Shown here piece after piece: positions 52,871 through 62,747 of a DNA stretch of 64,000 bases. The number at the start of each line of letters is the position of its first letter. The first letter of the stretch is position 1. A program made the position numbers and the translations under genes. Under the pieces are notes generated by a model. The model was not told the origin of the DNA and did no database searches. It worked only from the letters and a program-made list of their open reading frames with translations. The DNA lies in the NCBI GenBank assembly GCA_034668705.1, contig JAXDOV010000220.1, positions 478 through 64,477 of the forward strand, in the 5' to 3' direction. This DNA comes from Sphingomonadales bacterium. GTDB taxonomy: Bacteria; Pseudomonadota; Alphaproteobacteria; Sphingomonadales; Sphingomonadaceae.

Positions 52871-53725
52871 TCAGGCGGCCGCGGCCGGCACGTCCGGTTC
52901 TTCGCTCCGTCCCTCCCGCGGAGTCCACCAGGCGAGGCCGGCGGCCGCAGCCAGCATGTCGATCGGCGCCGCGGCAAGAAAATCGAGCTCGCGGGCGCGA
53001 GACGCGGCGACCGGACCGGCGGCATGGGCGGCGGCGGGATGGCAGATGAGGAGGTGCAGCGACGCCGATGAGGTGAGCCAGCGCCGGAACATGGCCGGAT
53101 AATCCGCCTTGTGGCGAAAATTATAGAGGCCGGCGAAGCTGGTATTGGTTTGCAGACCCTTTGCGGCAGCCTGGCGCGCGAGGCCCGACGACAGCAATGA
53201 CGAGCGCGCCGCCAGCCAAGGATAGACGCCGCGCCCGACGATCGCCTGGAGCCGGTCCTCGCAGGTCCGGACCCAGGCGTCCGGCGCGCGGCGGGCGGCG
53301 GTGTCGAGGAAGATCCGCCGGATGCCCGGAAGCATATGGCTGTGCTGATGCGCATCGACGAAGTCCGGGGCCCGGTCGAAGAGCAGCTCGAACCGGTCGT
53401 ATTGGCGCTCGATCTCGGCCGAGATCGCCGCCAGCGGCAGCCGGCCCGCAAAAGCGGCGGCGGTCAGCCGATCGACGTGGGGAAGCCGGCCCTCCGGCGC
53501 GAGGGCGGATCTGGCGAGCGCATCGCCGCCGCCGCTCAGCGTCAGGTGAAGCCCGATCGCCACATCCGCCGTCCGCGCCAGAAGCGGCGCGCCCGCCGCC
53601 GCTTCGCCGCCGCCGACCATTACCGTCGCGGCGTTGATCCGTCGCTTGCCGGCAAGGGCCAGGATCGCTTCGGTGGCGGCTTCGCCGTCGCCGAAATCGT
53701 CGGCGCACAGGATCAGGCGTCGCAT
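52871..53725 (-). CDS. ChbG/HpnK (YdjC-like) carbohydrate deacetylase family protein
   Basis: ORF 52871..53929 trimmed to MRRLILCADDFG; also DAHQHSHMLP. Confidence 0.75.
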   Translation of the reverse strand: MRRLILCADDFGDGEAATEAILALAGKRRINAATVMVGGGEAAAGAPLLARTADVAIGLHLTLSGGGDALARSALAPEGRLPHVDRLTAAAFAGRLPLAAISAEIERQYDRFELLFDRAPDFVDAHQHSHMLPGIRRIFLDTAARRAPDAWVRTCEDRLQAIVGRGVYPWLAARSSLLSSGLARQAAAKGLQTNTSFAGLYNFRHKADYPAMFRRWLTSSASLHLLICHPAAAHAAGPVAASRARELDFLAAAPIDMLAAAAGLAWWTPREGRSEEPDVPAAAA

Positions 53726-54501
53726 TCCGTCCCTCCCCAGTCGCGCTCGCGAAGGCGGGCGCTGTCGAGGCCGCGGCTGGCCAGCCGCTTCGACAGGAAG
53801 TTGCGGAAATAGCGGTCCTGCAGGACGAAGGGGGTCGCATGATAAAGCAGTCGCTCGGCCAGCGACCAGCGAACGGCGTTGAGGTCGTTGCGGCGGTCCG
53901 AGGGGAGGCACCAGAAGGTGCGATGCCAAACCTGCCGTCCGTGCCGCAACACGCGGTTGATGATCTCGTGATCGGCGAGGACATAGGGCCAGACGCTCGC
54001 GTCATAGCCCCCGGCGGCATCGAGCGCGGCGACCCGGAAGCACTGGCCGGCGCCGCCGGTATGCGCCTGCCGGGGCAGCAGGATGTTGACGGCCAGCTGA
54101 TAGACCGCCGAGGCGATCCGCCGCGGCCAGGAAGCGGCCGGCGCGAGATAATAAGCCGAAGCCACCGCCGCGTCCGCTTTCTCGTCCAGGAGCCGCTCCG
54201 CCACGGCGAGATAATGGCGCGGATAGGTGGTGTCGGCGTCGCAGGTGGCGACGAACTCGCTGCGGACCTCCCGCATGCCGCGGGCGAGCGCGGGCACCGG
54301 ACCCGGCTTCGATTCGGCGACGACGATTCCGTCCAGGCCGAAGCGCGCGAGGAGGCGCCGGGCGATGTCGCCGCTGCCGTCGGTGGAGCCGTTGTCGACG
54401 AGGATCAGCCGGAACTTGCGGGTCTGGGCGGCGAGCGACGCGAGGGCGCGCGGCAGATACGCCGCCTCGTTATAGACCGGCATCACCACCGACCACCGCA
54501 T
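53713..54501 (-). CDS. Glycosyltransferase, GT2 family
   Basis: ORF 53713..54609 trimmed to MRWSVVMPVYNEAAYL; also LVDNGSTDGS and CDADT (DXD). Confidence 0.8.
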   Translation of the reverse strand: MRWSVVMPVYNEAAYLPRALASLAAQTRKFRLILVDNGSTDGSGDIARRLLARFGLDGIVVAESKPGPVPALARGMREVRSEFVATCDADTTYPRHYLAVAERLLDEKADAAVASAYYLAPAASWPRRIASAVYQLAVNILLPRQAHTGGAGQCFRVAALDAAGGYDASVWPYVLADHEIINRVLRHGRQVWHRTFWCLPSDRRNDLNAVRWSLAERLLYHATPFVLQDRYFRNFLSKRLASRGLDSARLRERDWGGTECDA

Positions 54502-54739
54502 CGCGGCGCCGCTTTTCGCGCTCGGCCCCGCAGGACGGCCGGCCGACGACTCCTCGTCGTGACTCGCTCGATCCGGGTCGGGGGGTCGTTGCCCTGATCT
54601 CTGTGCCACTCGCTCTTCCGGATTGCGACGGATCGTGGCGAAGTTAGAGAGTCGTTAGCCATAGCTGAAGTCATATTTTTGCAACGCCCCGGCGCGGGAC
54701 GGAAACGCAAGGTGCCGCCCGATCCGCTCCGCCTCGGCG

Positions 54740-54937
54740 TCAGAGCTGGTTGAGCTGGGCCTGGATGGCGGCGACGTCGGCGGCGTTGAGCGGCATGTCG
54801 GAGGCCATTTGCTGGTTGTTGCCGGCGGCGTCGCCGTCGGGCGCGGCGAAGTCATAGGCCATCCAGCAGATCCCCGCCGCCCAGAGCAGCGCCATCCAGC
54901 GCGAACGGAAGATGGTCTGGTAGCGGAACGGGAACAT
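54740..54937 (-). CDS. Small (65 aa) membrane protein
   Basis: ORF-track entry with strong G/C third-position bias and one hydrophobic segment (WMALLWAAGICWMAY). Confidence 0.55.
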   Translation of the reverse strand: MFPFRYQTIFRSRWMALLWAAGICWMAYDFAAPDGDAAGNNQQMASDMPLNAADVAAIQAQLNQL

Positions 54938-54961
54938 GAGGCCCCGTTTACGCTGCCCTGG

Positions 54962-55972
54962 TTAAGGAAAAGCTGCCGTCTCAGCTTCCAGCGCCAGCAG
55001 GGCGAAGGTGGCGAGCCAATGCTCGCCCATATAGTCGCCGGCGACGTGGGGCAGGCTGGCGTCGAGATGCTCGACGGCGGTGCGGCGGGCGAGCTCGGCC
55101 AGCTCCGGCTCCAGCGCCTCGGCGAGCCCGCGCCAACACCAGGCGCGGCTCAGGTTGACGCCGTCGAGATGGGCGATCTTGCCGTCCGAGCGGTCGGAGA
55201 CGAAGGCGGGGGTGAAGAGGCTGCGCGGCTCGCCGGCGGCGAGGTCGGGCAGGAAGGCGTCGAACCAGGCGCGGAAGCGGGCATCGGGGAGGACGCGGCG
55301 CATCAGCAGCGCCTCGGTGAGCGCGGAGGAGAGGAAGTCGTCGCCGCCCGGCTCCCAGGCGGGGCAATTGCGGTCGCCGGCATAATAAGCCTCCGCCCGT
55401 TCCCGGATGAGCGCTGCCAGCGCCGCGTCATTCGCCTCGGCCCAGTCGAGCGCGAGGATCATGGCGAAGGCGGTATTGAAATGGGTGCCGGTGCGGATCG
55501 GATAGGTGAGCCTGGGAAGAAAGGACTCGAACCGTTCGGCGAAGGCGGCGGCGAGCGGCGCCAGCTCGGCCGCCCATGGGCGGTCCTCGTGCCGTTGCGC
55601 CTCGAGGTGGAGGGCGAGCAGCCACGCCCAGCCATAAGGCCGCTCGAAGCCGCCGGTATAGGCGCGATCGAGATAGGCCAGCTCCCCGGCGACCTTGGCC
55701 GGCGTCAGCATCTCGGCGGCCAGCGCCTCGACCCGCCGCGCCTCGGCCAGGTCCGGGAACAGCCGCCGCACGCGCAGCATCAGCCACCAGCCATGGACGC
55801 AGCTGTGCCAGTCAAAGCTGCCGAAGAAGATCGGGTGGAGCGCGCGCGGGCCGAGCAGATCCTCCGGCCCCTCCAACACATGGTCGAGCTTGTGCGGATA
55901 TTCGCGGGCGACATGGCCGAGCGCGATGGCGGCGAAGCGGCCGGCGGTTTCGGGCGTGAGGGCGCGGGTCAT
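54962..55972 (-). CDS. DUF2891-family protein
   Basis: ORF 54962..56662 trimmed to MTRALTPETAGRF (ATGA overlap with the upstream gene); contains FGSFDWHSCVHGWW. Confidence 0.7.
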   Translation of the reverse strand: MTRALTPETAGRFAAIALGHVAREYPHKLDHVLEGPEDLLGPRALHPIFFGSFDWHSCVHGWWLMLRVRRLFPDLAEARRVEALAAEMLTPAKVAGELAYLDRAYTGGFERPYGWAWLLALHLEAQRHEDRPWAAELAPLAAAFAERFESFLPRLTYPIRTGTHFNTAFAMILALDWAEANDAALAALIRERAEAYYAGDRNCPAWEPGGDDFLSSALTEALLMRRVLPDARFRAWFDAFLPDLAAGEPRSLFTPAFVSDRSDGKIAHLDGVNLSRAWCWRGLAEALEPELAELARRTAVEHLDASLPHVAGDYMGEHWLATFALLALEAETAAFP

Positions 55973-56922
55973 CGGAAGGCCAGGAAGTACATGAGGAGAA
56001 GGTTGCAGGCGAGCAGCGGTATGGCCGTTCCTACCTGCGCCTTGATCACGCCGTTCTGGTCCCTGAGCTCGAGCAAGGCGGCGGGAACCAGGTTGAAGTT
56101 GGCGGCCATCGGGGTCAGCAGCGTGCCGCAATAGCCGGCGAGCATGCCGATCGCGCCGATCACCGCCGGATTGCCGTGATAGGTGTGTATCAGCAACGGC
56201 ACGCCAATCGCCGCCGCCATCACCGGGAAGGCGGCAAAGGCATTGCCCATGATCATTGTAAACAAGGCCATGCCGATCCCGAAGACCAGCACCGTGACGA
56301 AGATGCTGCCCTCCGGAATCACCGCGCCGGCGAGGCCGCCGATCACCGTGCCGACGCCGGCGGCGGCGAAGACCACGCCCAGGGCGGCGAGCATCTGCGG
56401 CAGCACCGCCGCCCAGCCGATCGCGTCGATCAGCCGCCTTCCCTCCTGCAGCGGCGCAGCCGCGGGCGGCCTCAGCCAGGCAAACAGGACGAGCAAGGCG
56501 AGGAGGGCGCCCAGGCAAAGGAAGATGTAGGTTTCGCGCTTGGCTTCGATCAGTCCGAGCTGGCCGAGCGGAGTGTAATTGTAGACGAGCGTCCCGACCA
56601 GCGCGGTCGCCGGGATGATCAGCGCCGGCAGGAAGAGCCGGTTGCCGAGCCGGTCCGACCATCCGCTCCGCTCCGCCTCGTCCGTCGTCGGCGGTGCGCT
56701 CCGGCCGACCAGGCCGAAGCCGCCGAGCGCGACAAGGCCGAGTACCAGCAGGCCGTTGCCGAAATCGCCGAGCAGGCCGCCGGCGAGCAGGCTCACCGCC
56801 ATCAGTCCCCAGAAGCCGGCATTGCCCCAGCGCTTGCGGTTCGAGCGGTCAAGCGCGCTGAACAGGGAGAAGGCCGCGAACATCAAGCCGGCGAAGCTGT
56901 GGGCCCACTGGATGGTGATCAT
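55969..56922 (-). CDS. DUF979-family membrane protein (putative 5-oxoproline transporter subunit)
   Basis: Frame of ORF 55969..57645 trimmed to [10 protein letters not shown]. Polytopic, with 4-nt overlaps on both sides. Confidence 0.7.
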   Translation of the reverse strand: MITIQWAHSFAGLMFAAFSLFSALDRSNRKRWGNAGFWGLMAVSLLAGGLLGDFGNGLLVLGLVALGGFGLVGRSAPPTTDEAERSGWSDRLGNRLFLPALIIPATALVGTLVYNYTPLGQLGLIEAKRETYIFLCLGALLALLVLFAWLRPPAAAPLQEGRRLIDAIGWAAVLPQMLAALGVVFAAAGVGTVIGGLAGAVIPEGSIFVTVLVFGIGMALFTMIMGNAFAAFPVMAAAIGVPLLIHTYHGNPAVIGAIGMLAGYCGTLLTPMAANFNLVPAALLELRDQNGVIKAQVGTAIPLLACNLLLMYFLAFR

Positions 56923-57599
56923 GAGACGCGCTTCCCGCGTTTCGAGAGCGTTCGGTCGAGCAGCAGCAGGCGCGTGGAATGGATCAGGAAGGCGAGGATA
57001 GCGGTGGGGATCGACCAGACCGCCAGCTCGAGCGGCGCGAGGTTGTAGCCGTAGGTGGCGAGGGTCTGCTGAATGAGGACGATCGAGCCGATGGCGATGA
57101 AGATGTCCTCGCCGAAGAATACGCCGACATTGTCGGTGGCGGCCGACCAGCTCTTCACTTTCTCCTCGGTCGCCGCGTCCAGCGCGCCGTGCTGCTTCTC
57201 GGCGGCGGCGAGCGCCATCGGCGCGACCAGGGGGCGGACGGTCTGGGGATGGCCGGCGATCGAGATCAGGCCGAGCGAGGCGGTGATCTGCCGGAAGGCA
57301 AGATAGACGATCAGCAGCCGCCCGACGGTCGCCGCCTTGATGCTCCGGATCACCGCCGCGGCGCGCTGCTGCAGGCCGTAGCGCTCGAGCAGGCCGACCA
57401 CGGGCAGCACGACCCAGACGATGGCGATGATGCGGTTGTCGTTGAACGCCTTGCCGAACAAAGAGACGATCTCGACCAGCCCCTTGCCCGCGATCAGGCC
57501 GGTCGCGATCGCCGCGCCGGTGACGACGAGCAAAGGGTTGAGCCGCAGCGCGAAGCCGATGACGACGATCGCGATGCCGGCGAGAAGGAAATAGTTCAC
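56919..57599 (-). CDS. DUF969-family membrane protein (putative 5-oxoproline transporter subunit)
   Basis: 226-aa polytopic ORF, 4-nt overlap with the oxoprolinase gene. Confidence 0.7.
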   Translation of the reverse strand: MNYFLLAGIAIVVIGFALRLNPLLVVTGAAIATGLIAGKGLVEIVSLFGKAFNDNRIIAIVWVVLPVVGLLERYGLQQRAAAVIRSIKAATVGRLLIVYLAFRQITASLGLISIAGHPQTVRPLVAPMALAAAEKQHGALDAATEEKVKSWSAATDNVGVFFGEDIFIAIGSIVLIQQTLATYGYNLAPLELAVWSIPTAILAFLIHSTRLLLLDRTLSKRGKRVS

Positions 57600-60500
57600 G
57601 GCGTTTTTTCTCCCGGCAGGCCGGGAGGGGAGCTTGGGTGACCATAACCCCCTCCCCCCGGAGTCTCGATCACGAACACGTCGCCCACCGCCATTTCCGC
57701 CGAGGCGGTGGCGCTCAGCGTCTCGACGCTGCCGTCCGCGCGCACGACGCGGTTGACGCCCGGCGCCGCGTCGCCGCCGCCTTCGATGCCGCGCGGCGCC
57801 ACCTTGCGGCGGTTGGAGAGGATGCCGGCATGCATCGCCTCGCGGAAGCGGAGGTGCCGCTCGACGCCGTCGCCGCCGCGATGCCGCCCCTCCCCGCCGG
57901 AGCGGCGACGGATGGCGAAGCGCTCGAGCAGGATCGGATAGCGCGTCTCGAGGATCTCCGGATCGGTGAGGCGGCTGTTGGTCATGTGCGTCTGCACCGC
58001 GCTCGCTCCGTCGAAATCCGGCCCGGCGCCGGCGCCGCCGGCGATCGTCTCATAATATTGATGGCGCGCATTGCCGAAGGTGAAATTGTTCATCGTCCCC
58101 TGGCTCGGCGCCAGCGCGCGGCAGGCGGCGAACAAGGCGTCGGTGACGACCTGGCTGGTCTCGACATTCCCCGCCACCACCGCCGCTGGGTAGCGGGGGT
58201 TCAGCATCGACCCTTCCGGCACCCTCAGCGCGATCGGCCGCAGGCAGCCGTCGTTCATCGGGATCGCGTCGTCGACCATGGTGCGGAAGACGTAGAGCGT
58301 CGCCGCCCGGCAGATCGAATAGGGCGCGTTGAAATTGTCGGGCAGCTGCGCGCTGGTGCCGGTGAAATCGACGATCGCCGAGCGGCTCTCGGCATCGACG
58401 GTGACGGCGACGCAGACCTCCGCGCCATTGTCCATCGCGTAGCGGAAGCTGCCGTCGCCGAGACGGCCGATCAGCCGCCGCACCGCCTCCTCGGCATTGG
58501 CCTGGACGTGGGCCATATAGGCGTCGATCGTCTCGCGACCGTATTCGGCGGCGACGCGCTTCAGCTCGGCGGCGCCGCGCGCGCAGGCGGCGACCTGCGC
58601 CTTCAGATCGGAGATGTTGCGGTCCGGCCGCCGCGCCGGCCAGTCGCCCGAGGCAAGCAGGGCCCGCATCTCCGCTTCGAGGAAGCGGCCCCGGTCGACG
58701 AGCAGGACATTGTCGATCAGCACCCCCTCTTCGAGGATCGTCCGGCTGTCTGGCGGCATCGAGCCCGGGGCGATACCGCCGATATCGGCATGATGGCCGC
58801 GCGCCGCGACATACCATGCAGGATTTGGCCAGGCCGGCGCCTCCGCGCCGTCGAGAAAGACCGGCATGATCACGGTGACGTCGGGGAGATGGGTGCCGCC
58901 GCGATAGGGGGCGTTCAGCACATAGACGTCGCCCGGCTTCATGCCCCGCCCGTCGCGCGGCCTTCCATCAGAGCCCGGGCCACGCGCCTCGATGATGGTG
59001 CGGATCGAATCGCCCATCGAGCCGAGATGGACCGGGATATGCGGCGCATTGGCGATCAGCGCGCCCTCGCCGTCGAACAGGGCGCAGGAGAAATCGAGCC
59101 GCTCCTTGATGTTGACCGAGCTCGCCGTGTTCTGGAGGGCGACGCCCATCTCCTCGGCGATCGCCATGAACAGATTGTTGAACACTTCGAGCGTCACCGG
59201 ATCGGCCTCGGTCCCCGCGGCGCGCGCGGCTTGGCGGGGGGCCGACCGGGTCAGGATGAGGTTGCCGAGCGCGTCGACCTCGGCCTGCCAGCCGGGCTCG
59301 ACCATTGTGGTGGCGGAAGGGTCGATGATGAGCGCGGGACCGGCGATGCGGGCGCCGGACTGAAGGGTGGCGCGGTCGATGACGTTCGGATCCTCCCCTG
59401 CTCTTGCAGGATCGGAGCCGCTCTGAGGTTCGTCCCGGGGACGAACCGGCGGCTCCGATGGGGACCGGCTGAAAGCCTGTGGGGGAGCCTGGCGCGGCGG
59501 CATGGCCCCTCCACCACCCTTCGGGCGGTCCCCCTCCCCTGGAAATCCAGGGGAGGAATTTCCGATCGCCTCGACGATCGCCGTCTCCACCACGACCGGC
59601 GTCTCGGACGAGAGGAAGCCGAAGCGGGTGCGGTGGGCCTCCTCGAAGGCGATGCGCATCTCATCCAGTGATGCGGCGTCCACCTCCAGGCTGGTATCGC
59701 TGCCCTCGTAGCGGAGCGCCGCCCGGCGGCGGAGCTCGATCTCCTCCACCCCCTGCGCCCGCAACCCGGCCTTGGCCTCCTTGGCGAGCTCGGCCAGCAC
59801 CGGCTCCAGCGCCTCGCCGGCGAGGCTGCGCTGCCTGAGCTCGACCATGTCGGCGAGGCCCATGCCATAGGCGCTGAGCACGCCCGCCAGCGGGTGGATC
59901 ATCACCCGCTCCATCCCCAGCGCGTCGGCGACCAGGCAGGCATGCTGGCCGCCGGCGCCGCCGAAACACTGGAGCGTGTAGCGCGTCACGTCATGGCCGC
60001 GGGCGATCGAGATCTTCTTGATCGCGCTCGCCATGGCGTCGACGGCGATGCGGACGAAGCCTTCCGCCGCCTCCCGCTCCGTCATCCCCGCCTCGGCTGC
60101 GATCGCGGCACAGAGCGCGCGCGAAGCCTCGGCGTCGATCGGCTCGTCGCCGCCCGGACCGAACACGGCCGGGAAATGCTCCGGCCGGATCCTGCCGAGC
60201 ACGACGTTGCAATCGGTGACGGTGAGCGGGCCGCCGCGCCGGTAGCAGGCGGGGCCGGGAAGGGCGCCGGCGCTGTCGGGGCCGACGCGGAAGCGGCTGC
60301 CGTCATAATGGCAGATGGAGCCGCCGCCGGCGGCGACGGTGTGGATCTCGAGCATCGGCGCCCGCACCCGCACGCCGGCGACCATGGTCTCGCTGGTCCG
60401 CTCATAGGCGCCTGCATAATGAGAGACGTCGGTCGAGGTGCCGCCCATGTCGAAGCCGATCACCCGGTCGAAGCCGGCCGCGGCCGCGGTCTTGACCATG

Positions 60501-61312
60501 CCGACAATGCCGCCGGCGGGACCGGAGAGGATCGCATCCTTGCCCTGGAAGGCGGATGCGTCGGTCAACCCGCCGCTCGACTGCATGAAGAAGAGGCGCG
60601 TCTCCTCGCCCAAGGCCCCCACCACCTTATCGACATAGCGGCGCAGCACCGGCGACAGATAGGCGTCGACCACGGTGGTGTCGCCGCGGCCGACCAGCTT
60701 GATCAGGGGCCCCACCTTGTGGCTGGCCGAGACCTGGGTGAAGCCGATCTCGCGCGCCAGCGCCTCCAGCGCCGCCTCATGGGTGGTCCAGCGCCAGCCG
60801 TGCATCAGCACGATGGCGAGGGCGCGATAGCCCTCGTCAAAGGCCGCCTGCAGCGCGCGTCGCGCCGCCGCCGGATCGAGCGGCCGCAGCACCTCGCCCT
60901 CGGCGGTCACCCGCTCGTCGATCTCAAGCGTTCGCTCGTAAAGCGCCTCGGGCAGGACGATGTTGCGCGCGAAGATGTCGGGCCGGGCCTGGTAGCCGAT
61001 CCGCAGGGCGTCGCCGAAGCCGCTGGTGATGGCGAGGATCAGCGGCTCGCCCTTGCGCTCGAGCAGGGCGTTGGTGGCGACGGTGGTGCCCATCTTCACC
61101 GCCTCGAGCGGCGCCCTTCGACCCTGCTCAGGACAGGCCTCGCCATGCGCCGCCTGCAGCCGCCTGATGCCCTCGACGGCGGCGTCGTCATAATGTTCGG
61201 GATTGTCGGACAGCAATTTGGCGGTGAGCAGCCGCCCGTCCGGCGCGTGCGCGACGACGTCGGTGAAGGTGCCGCCGCGATCGATCGAAAAGGACCAGCG
61301 CCCGGTCGTCAT
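57596..61312 (-). CDS. 5-oxoprolinase (ATP-hydrolysing), fused hydantoinase A/B (HyuA-HyuB) type
   Basis: 1238-aa ORF. N-terminus [16 protein letters not shown]; HyuB half carries [15 protein letters not shown] and GGGGYG near the C-terminus. Confidence 0.88.
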   Translation of the reverse strand: MTTGRWSFSIDRGGTFTDVVAHAPDGRLLTAKLLSDNPEHYDDAAVEGIRRLQAAHGEACPEQGRRAPLEAVKMGTTVATNALLERKGEPLILAITSGFGDALRIGYQARPDIFARNIVLPEALYERTLEIDERVTAEGEVLRPLDPAAARRALQAAFDEGYRALAIVLMHGWRWTTHEAALEALAREIGFTQVSASHKVGPLIKLVGRGDTTVVDAYLSPVLRRYVDKVVGALGEETRLFFMQSSGGLTDASAFQGKDAILSGPAGGIVGMVKTAAAAGFDRVIGFDMGGTSTDVSHYAGAYERTSETMVAGVRVRAPMLEIHTVAAGGGSICHYDGSRFRVGPDSAGALPGPACYRRGGPLTVTDCNVVLGRIRPEHFPAVFGPGGDEPIDAEASRALCAAIAAEAGMTEREAAEGFVRIAVDAMASAIKKISIARGHDVTRYTLQCFGGAGGQHACLVADALGMERVMIHPLAGVLSAYGMGLADMVELRQRSLAGEALEPVLAELAKEAKAGLRAQGVEEIELRRRAALRYEGSDTSLEVDAASLDEMRIAFEEAHRTRFGFLSSETPVVVETAIVEAIGNSSPGFPGEGDRPKGGGGAMPPRQAPPQAFSRSPSEPPVRPRDEPQSGSDPARAGEDPNVIDRATLQSGARIAGPALIIDPSATTMVEPGWQAEVDALGNLILTRSAPRQAARAAGTEADPVTLEVFNNLFMAIAEEMGVALQNTASSVNIKERLDFSCALFDGEGALIANAPHIPVHLGSMGDSIRTIIEARGPGSDGRPRDGRGMKPGDVYVLNAPYRGGTHLPDVTVIMPVFLDGAEAPAWPNPAWYVAARGHHADIGGIAPGSMPPDSRTILEEGVLIDNVLLVDRGRFLEAEMRALLASGDWPARRPDRNISDLKAQVAACARGAAELKRVAAEYGRETIDAYMAHVQANAEEAVRRLIGRLGDGSFRYAMDNGAEVCVAVTVDAESRSAIVDFTGTSAQLPDNFNAPYSICRAATLYVFRTMVDDAIPMNDGCLRPIALRVPEGSMLNPRYPAAVVAGNVETSQVVTDALFAACRALAPSQGTMNNFTFGNARHQYYETIAGGAGAGPDFDGASAVQTHMTNSRLTDPEILETRYPILLERFAIRRRSGGEGRHRGGDGVERHLRFREAMHAGILSNRRKVAPRGIEGGGDAAPGVNRVVRADGSVETLSATASAEMAVGDVFVIETPGGGGYGHPSSPPGLPGEKTP
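59411..59459. repeat. 49-nt compound palindrome inside the oxoprolinase linker coding region
   Basis: ATCGGAGCCGC-TCTGA-GGTTCGTCC-CGG-GGACGAACC-G-GCGGCTCCGAT (11-bp outer plus 9-bp inner stems). Confidence 0.85.
59533..59556. repeat. Perfect 10-bp-stem hairpin inside the oxoprolinase linker coding region
   Basis: CCTCCCCTGG-AAAT-CCAGGGGAGG. Confidence 0.85.
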
Positions 61313-61336
61313 GATACGAGCCGGACGCCGGACGGA

Positions 61337-61924
61337 TCAGCCAATATGCGCCTGGCCGACCATGCAATAGAGCATCGGGATCGACAGGATCAAATTGGTG
61401 CGCGACGCCATCATCGCGAGGCTGGCCGAGGCCGCCTTCTTCACATCGTCGGACGGAACGATGCCGAGCGCGCGCTTCTGGTTCGGCCAGATGACGAACC
61501 AGACGTTGGCGGCCATGATCAGGCCGAGCCACATGCCGATGCCGATCGTCTTGAAGCCCGGCTTCAGCATCAGCGCGTTGCCGATATAGCCGGGCTGGCT
61601 CATCTCGGCGAGGATCAGGCCGATCAGCACGGTGGCGACCGCCGCCCAGCGGAACCAGAACAGGGCCGCCGGCGCGATATATTTGGAAACCGCCGGCTTC
61701 AGCTCAGCCGGCACCTTCGGCATGGTCGGGATCTGGACGAAGTTGAAATAATAGAGGAGGCCGATCCAGAGGATGCCGGCGAAGATGTGGAGGAAGCGGA
61801 CCCAGCCCACCCAGTAGGCGGATCCCGAGCCGATCAGGGAGCCGTGGAGGCCGACCATCGCCGCCACCAGCAGCACGATTCCGATCAGCAGCGCGATGTG
61901 GAAATTTCCAAGGATCTTGGCCAT
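61337..61924 (-). CDS. Conserved integral membrane protein (resembles the N-terminal membrane domain of PuuD-type proteins)
   Basis: 195-aa ORF with four or five TM segments and motif FLHIFAGILWIGLLYYFNFVQ. Functional assignment is weak. Confidence 0.6.
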   Translation of the reverse strand: MAKILGNFHIALLIGIVLLVAAMVGLHGSLIGSGSAYWVGWVRFLHIFAGILWIGLLYYFNFVQIPTMPKVPAELKPAVSKYIAPAALFWFRWAAVATVLIGLILAEMSQPGYIGNALMLKPGFKTIGIGMWLGLIMAANVWFVIWPNQKRALGIVPSDDVKKAASASLAMMASRTNLILSIPMLYCMVGQAHIG

Positions 61925-61978
61925 TGCGTAACCCCCTCTTTCTGATTGTCGCCTCCCCTCTACCGCAGCCGCCCCCTC

Positions 61979-62656
61979 TCAGTCGAGCCGCCACATGATG
62001 CTTTGGGAAAGCGGCGTCCAGAGACCCGTCCGCACGCCCGCCCGGCGCAGCGCCTGGCCGGTCCAGCTGTTGCAGGTATAGACCGCGTTATAGGGGCCGA
62101 CCGCCTCGTAGAAGATGTCGGAATTGCCGTAGCCGCGGCCGAGCAGGGGAATGGCCCGACCCTGCGCGTCGGTGCGGAAGCTGCCGCGCATGAAGCGGAC
62201 CAGCCGGCCATATTCGTCATGGCTGAGCATGATCGGCCGCTGGACGTCGCTCGGCTGCGGGTCGTTGTCGTGATCGGCGTGGACGAGGCTGTCGCCGCTT
62301 CCGACCATGGCCCAGAAGGCGTTGCGGATGGTCAGGTCCGCCCAGGTCGGCGTGTTCAGATAGAATTGCCGGTTGCCGTAGCCGATCGCGACATAATTGC
62401 CATTGCCCCAGCGCGGGTCCTTCAAATCCCGGCCGGGAAGGAGCGGCCGCCAGTCCATCTCGGCCGCCACTTTCGGCACCATGATCCAGGTGTGGACGCC
62501 ATTGGTGCGGACGAAGATGCGCACGCCCTGCTTCGCTTCGTGCCAGCCGGGATTGGCGGGAATCGCGCCGAAGACGAGTGCCGCGAGCAGATAGAAGAGA
62601 GGCACGGCGACGAGGCCTCCGAAGACATAGAGAAAAATGCGCAGCGCCCGTTTCAC
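61979..62656 (-). CDS. TIGR02117/DUF2459-family conserved hypothetical protein
   Basis: 225-aa ORF: N-terminal TM anchor, VRIFVRTNGVHTWIMVP. Confidence 0.65.
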   Translation of the reverse strand: MKRALRIFLYVFGGLVAVPLFYLLAALVFGAIPANPGWHEAKQGVRIFVRTNGVHTWIMVPKVAAEMDWRPLLPGRDLKDPRWGNGNYVAIGYGNRQFYLNTPTWADLTIRNAFWAMVGSGDSLVHADHDNDPQPSDVQRPIMLSHDEYGRLVRFMRGSFRTDAQGRAIPLLGRGYGNSDIFYEAVGPYNAVYTCNSWTGQALRRAGVRTGLWTPLSQSIMWRLD

Positions 62657-62747
62657 CGCGGCGCAGGCTAAGGCCTAGGGGCGGCATCGCAAGGGTCAAG
62701 CGGCAAGACGACTTGCGGATCTTCCCCGCCGCCCGCAGGGAGGGTCG

